DNA of 64,000 bases, from contig CM121341.1 in assembly GCA_051530055.1 (NCBI GenBank), positions 12,068,784 to 12,132,783 of the forward strand, read 5' to 3'. The notes below the pieces were generated by a model. It saw only the letters and a list, made by a program, of their open reading frames with translations. It was not told the origin of the DNA and did not search any database. Source of the stretch: Neoechinorhynchus agilis. Its lineage: Eukaryota > Animalia > Acanthocephala. Below are positions 61,060 through 64,000 of the stretch, piece by piece; position 1 is the stretch's first letter, and each line of letters starts with the position of its first letter. The position numbers and the translations under genes are program-made.

Positions 61060-63660
61060 CGATCGAGTTTTTCCTTCAAGGGATTCCACTCATTTTCTAT
61101 ACAAAGCAAGTTTTTCCTCCTCGAGATTTATTTGTAAACATGCAAATTTTCGAGGCCTCAACCTCCTTATCAAGCATCAAAAATCACATGTAGTAGTGGA
61201 GCTCATTTGATCCCTGGACGCAGGACCATCAATTTCCGAGGTGACCCTTCACCCTATGCGCTACTGCACCACTGAGGTTATTTGTCGGAAGGACAAGAGC
61301 GAAGTTGCTGTTGTTGTCTTCCATTGTCCTCTCCGCGTTGATGAGAAGAGCTTCCTTGATCAGCCTCCTTTGAAGCCCGTTCTCCACCATTTTCACCTTC
61401 GCTCCTCCGAAGTCGATTGTGTGGTCGTTTTGCACGGCGTGGTTGAAGATGGCCGATGACACGTCACTCCGTTTGAGTGCGTATTCATGCTGCATCATCC
61501 ATTATGACGAAATGGCCAGGGAGGAGAACCGGAGAAATCGGAGTAGGGCTAACATGTCAATGATGGAAAAGAACGCGATGAAAAGACTAAAAGAAGACAA
61601 GAGCATTAGAGTGTGTCGGGCTGACAAAGGAAAAGGATTAGTGGTACTAAACACCGAGGAGTACATCAATACAGAGATGGACATAATAAAACCTGATCAA
61701 TTTCAAGAATTCAAGAAAGACCCAACAAATATTAGGGAGTGCAGGTTCAACCAGTACCTGAGCGGACTAAAAGCGGCTGACAAGATCACAGAGAACTGGT
61801 ATACAAAGACGAGGTCAGCCAACGCGAAGCCAGGTTTTTTGTACTTGCTCCCAAAGTTACATAAACCGTTCTTGAAGGTCCGACCGGCTATTGCATCGTA
61901 CTCATCATACGGTCATAGTTTGGCAAAGGAAATCAACAATCTAATTCAGGGCCACGTCGAGATTCCAGCCTCTTACGTCAAGGACGGTCCGTTATTTGCA
62001 AAAATGATAAGAGGATACGATACTAGCAATCAGTTCCTTTGGACAGCAGACGGTACCGCATTATTCACTAATGTACCGGGAAATGAGGCTAAGAGGTTAG
62101 CCACGAACATACTGGCGGATCGAGGCTTAGATCCAAAGCTGGAAGTATACGAGTGGACTACACTGGTGGAATATTGCACGACCAAGTCTACTTTCGTATT
62201 TGAGGACAAGTTGTACGATCAGACGAATGGAGTAACGATGGGTTCATCGCTAGGTTCAGTGCTCGCCAACGTTTTCATGATCGAATACGAAAAAGAACTA
62301 TTGGTGAAGTTTCCACAAATCAAGGCTTGGTTAGCCTTGATTCAAAATGAAGCTGGAGAAACAGGTGAACAGGAAAAACCCGTCGATAAAGTGGATAATC
62401 ACCTCAGAAGACAGAAATGATCGGATCAGCTTCTTGAACGTCTACTTACAACGAAACGGAGCGTCGATTACCACCTCGTTATTCCACAAGCCTGGTATAG
62501 AGTGGGGTCCAACTCACTGAAAAAAATCATGGCTCCAATAGATATAAGGCTAACGCTGCCTGCAATCTATTCTGGAGAGCGCTGGAAATAGGGAGCAACA
62601 AGTATGTGACAAAAAAGAGCATAAACATCATCGAGCGGAAACTAAGAGACATTGAGTACCCAACCCACGTCATTAAGAAGGCATTGGCCCATGCAGAAGG
62701 AAAAAAAAGTAGCAGGAAAAAGGAAAAGAAGACAAGTTTAGCGAGAAGAAAACGGGATTCATCCGAGTTCATTACATTTCCCACATGGCGAAATCGACCT
62801 CGGTGAATATCATACCGTACCACTAGGCAGGAGTAAATTTGAACAGCGTTTCAAGTCGAAGCCGAGGCAACTCAAGGGCAATGATTGCGTGGTCTACTCT
62901 GTCCCCTGCAAAAACTGTGGCCATGTCTCTATATTGGACAAACGAAGCAGGGTATTTGGAAAAGAGCGCGGCAGCATGAATACGCACTCAAACGGAGTGA
63001 CGTGTCATCGGCCATCTTCAACCACGCCGTGCAAAACGACCACACAATCGACTTCGGAGGAGCGAAGGTGAAAATGGTGGAGAACGGGCTTCAAAGGAGG
63101 CTGATCAAGGAAGCTCTTCTCATCAACGCGGAGAGGACAATGGAAGACAACAACAGCAACTTCGCTCTTGTCCTTCCGACAAATAACCTCAGTGGTGCAG
63201 TAGCGCATAGGGTGAAGGGTCACCTCGGAAATTGATGGTCCTGCGTCCAGGGATCAAATGAGCTCCACTACTACATGTGATTTTTGATGCTTGATAAGGA
63301 GGTTGAGGCCTCGAAAATTTGCATCCTTGCAAATACATTTCGAGGAGGGAAAAACTCGCCGTATAGAGAAAACTTAGGTTTATCCTTGAAATTACAAACC
63401 TCTTTATTATGATTAGCTGAGCAGACACTTTGTTTCTTTATCACATAGAGATGTTGTATGTCCCCATTCTGAACAATTCGTGCACTGTGTTAGCAGGTAA
63501 TCACGGATCGGCAGATTTTCGAGGCCTCAACCTCCTAATCAAGCATCTTAAATCACATGTAGTAGGGGAGCTCATTTAATCCCTGGACGCGAGACCATCA
63601 ATCTCCGAGGTGACGCTCCACCCTATGCGCTACTGATCCGCGGAAGTTATTTGTCGGAAG
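61060..63660 (+). mobile_element. Penelope-like element with an inverted 5' pLTR/GIY-YIG duplication and an extra inverted pLTR downstream; frameshifted
   Basis: ADKGKGLVVLN, LYLLPKLHKP..VRP, GVTMGSSLG; GIY-YIG at 62870-63235. 61060-61490 is the reverse complement of ~62980-63410. Confidence 0.93.
63286..63325 (+). ncRNA. Minimal hammerhead with a U3:A8 core variant (second copy 61140-61178, minus strand)
   Basis: GATGC-TTGATAA-G-GAGG/CCTC-GAAA-AT-TT-GCATC. Confidence 0.75.
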
Positions 63661-64000
63661 AGCATTCTCACCAGGAGTTCCATGCCTTCTGAACTTGTGA
63701 AAAATATTAAACTATCCCATCAAGTATTTATTTGTTTCAAAATCTGAAACTCTCTGTGTTTGTTTAAGTTTCTAGGAACCATGAAATCCAGAAAATATCT
63801 CTTGACCAAATCATAACTGGAATTATTTATCATATCCTCTCTTTTCATGCGAATACTAGAATTCTCTTCTAATCTTGGAAGCCTCGGAATTACATCCTCC
63901 AATAAACGATTTTTTAATGACTGAGTACATAGGCGGAAGGCAGGTGATCCACTAAAATCTATAAGCATCTTTTTCTTCGCTTCGTTATTTATGAATTTCT

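Overview
Eukaryotic genomic DNA, most likely from an invertebrate animal with compact genes; the species cannot be identified from sequence alone. It is AT-rich, and canonical introns are mostly 25-62 nt. Recognisable host genes are symplekin, a tight co-oriented cluster of MRPS26-, CDK5RAP3- and MPV17L2-like genes (operon-like, with splice acceptors just before the ATGs), INSIG, inositol-3-phosphate synthase, a small secreted EGF protein and a TEX15/TASOR-like pseudo-PARP ORF. They sit among LINE, CRE, Penelope, pogo/Tigger, MITE, foldback and SINE remnants. A ~10.4-kb array of ~46 x 225-bp units (22.7-33.2 kb) was amplified in place from the RT core of a LINE. Two signals stand out. First, four introns in conserved genes have base-pairing ends and either no canonical splice solution or only a poor one; two read ACT|AG...AC|. 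Second, a tRNA-derived SINE family carries all three strands of a hammerhead ribozyme in an order that is not a circular permutation of the normal one. About a dozen Penelope-type minimal hammerheads are also present, including a U3:A8 core variant and palindromic double-ribozyme elements. All homology calls come from remembered motifs; no searches were run.
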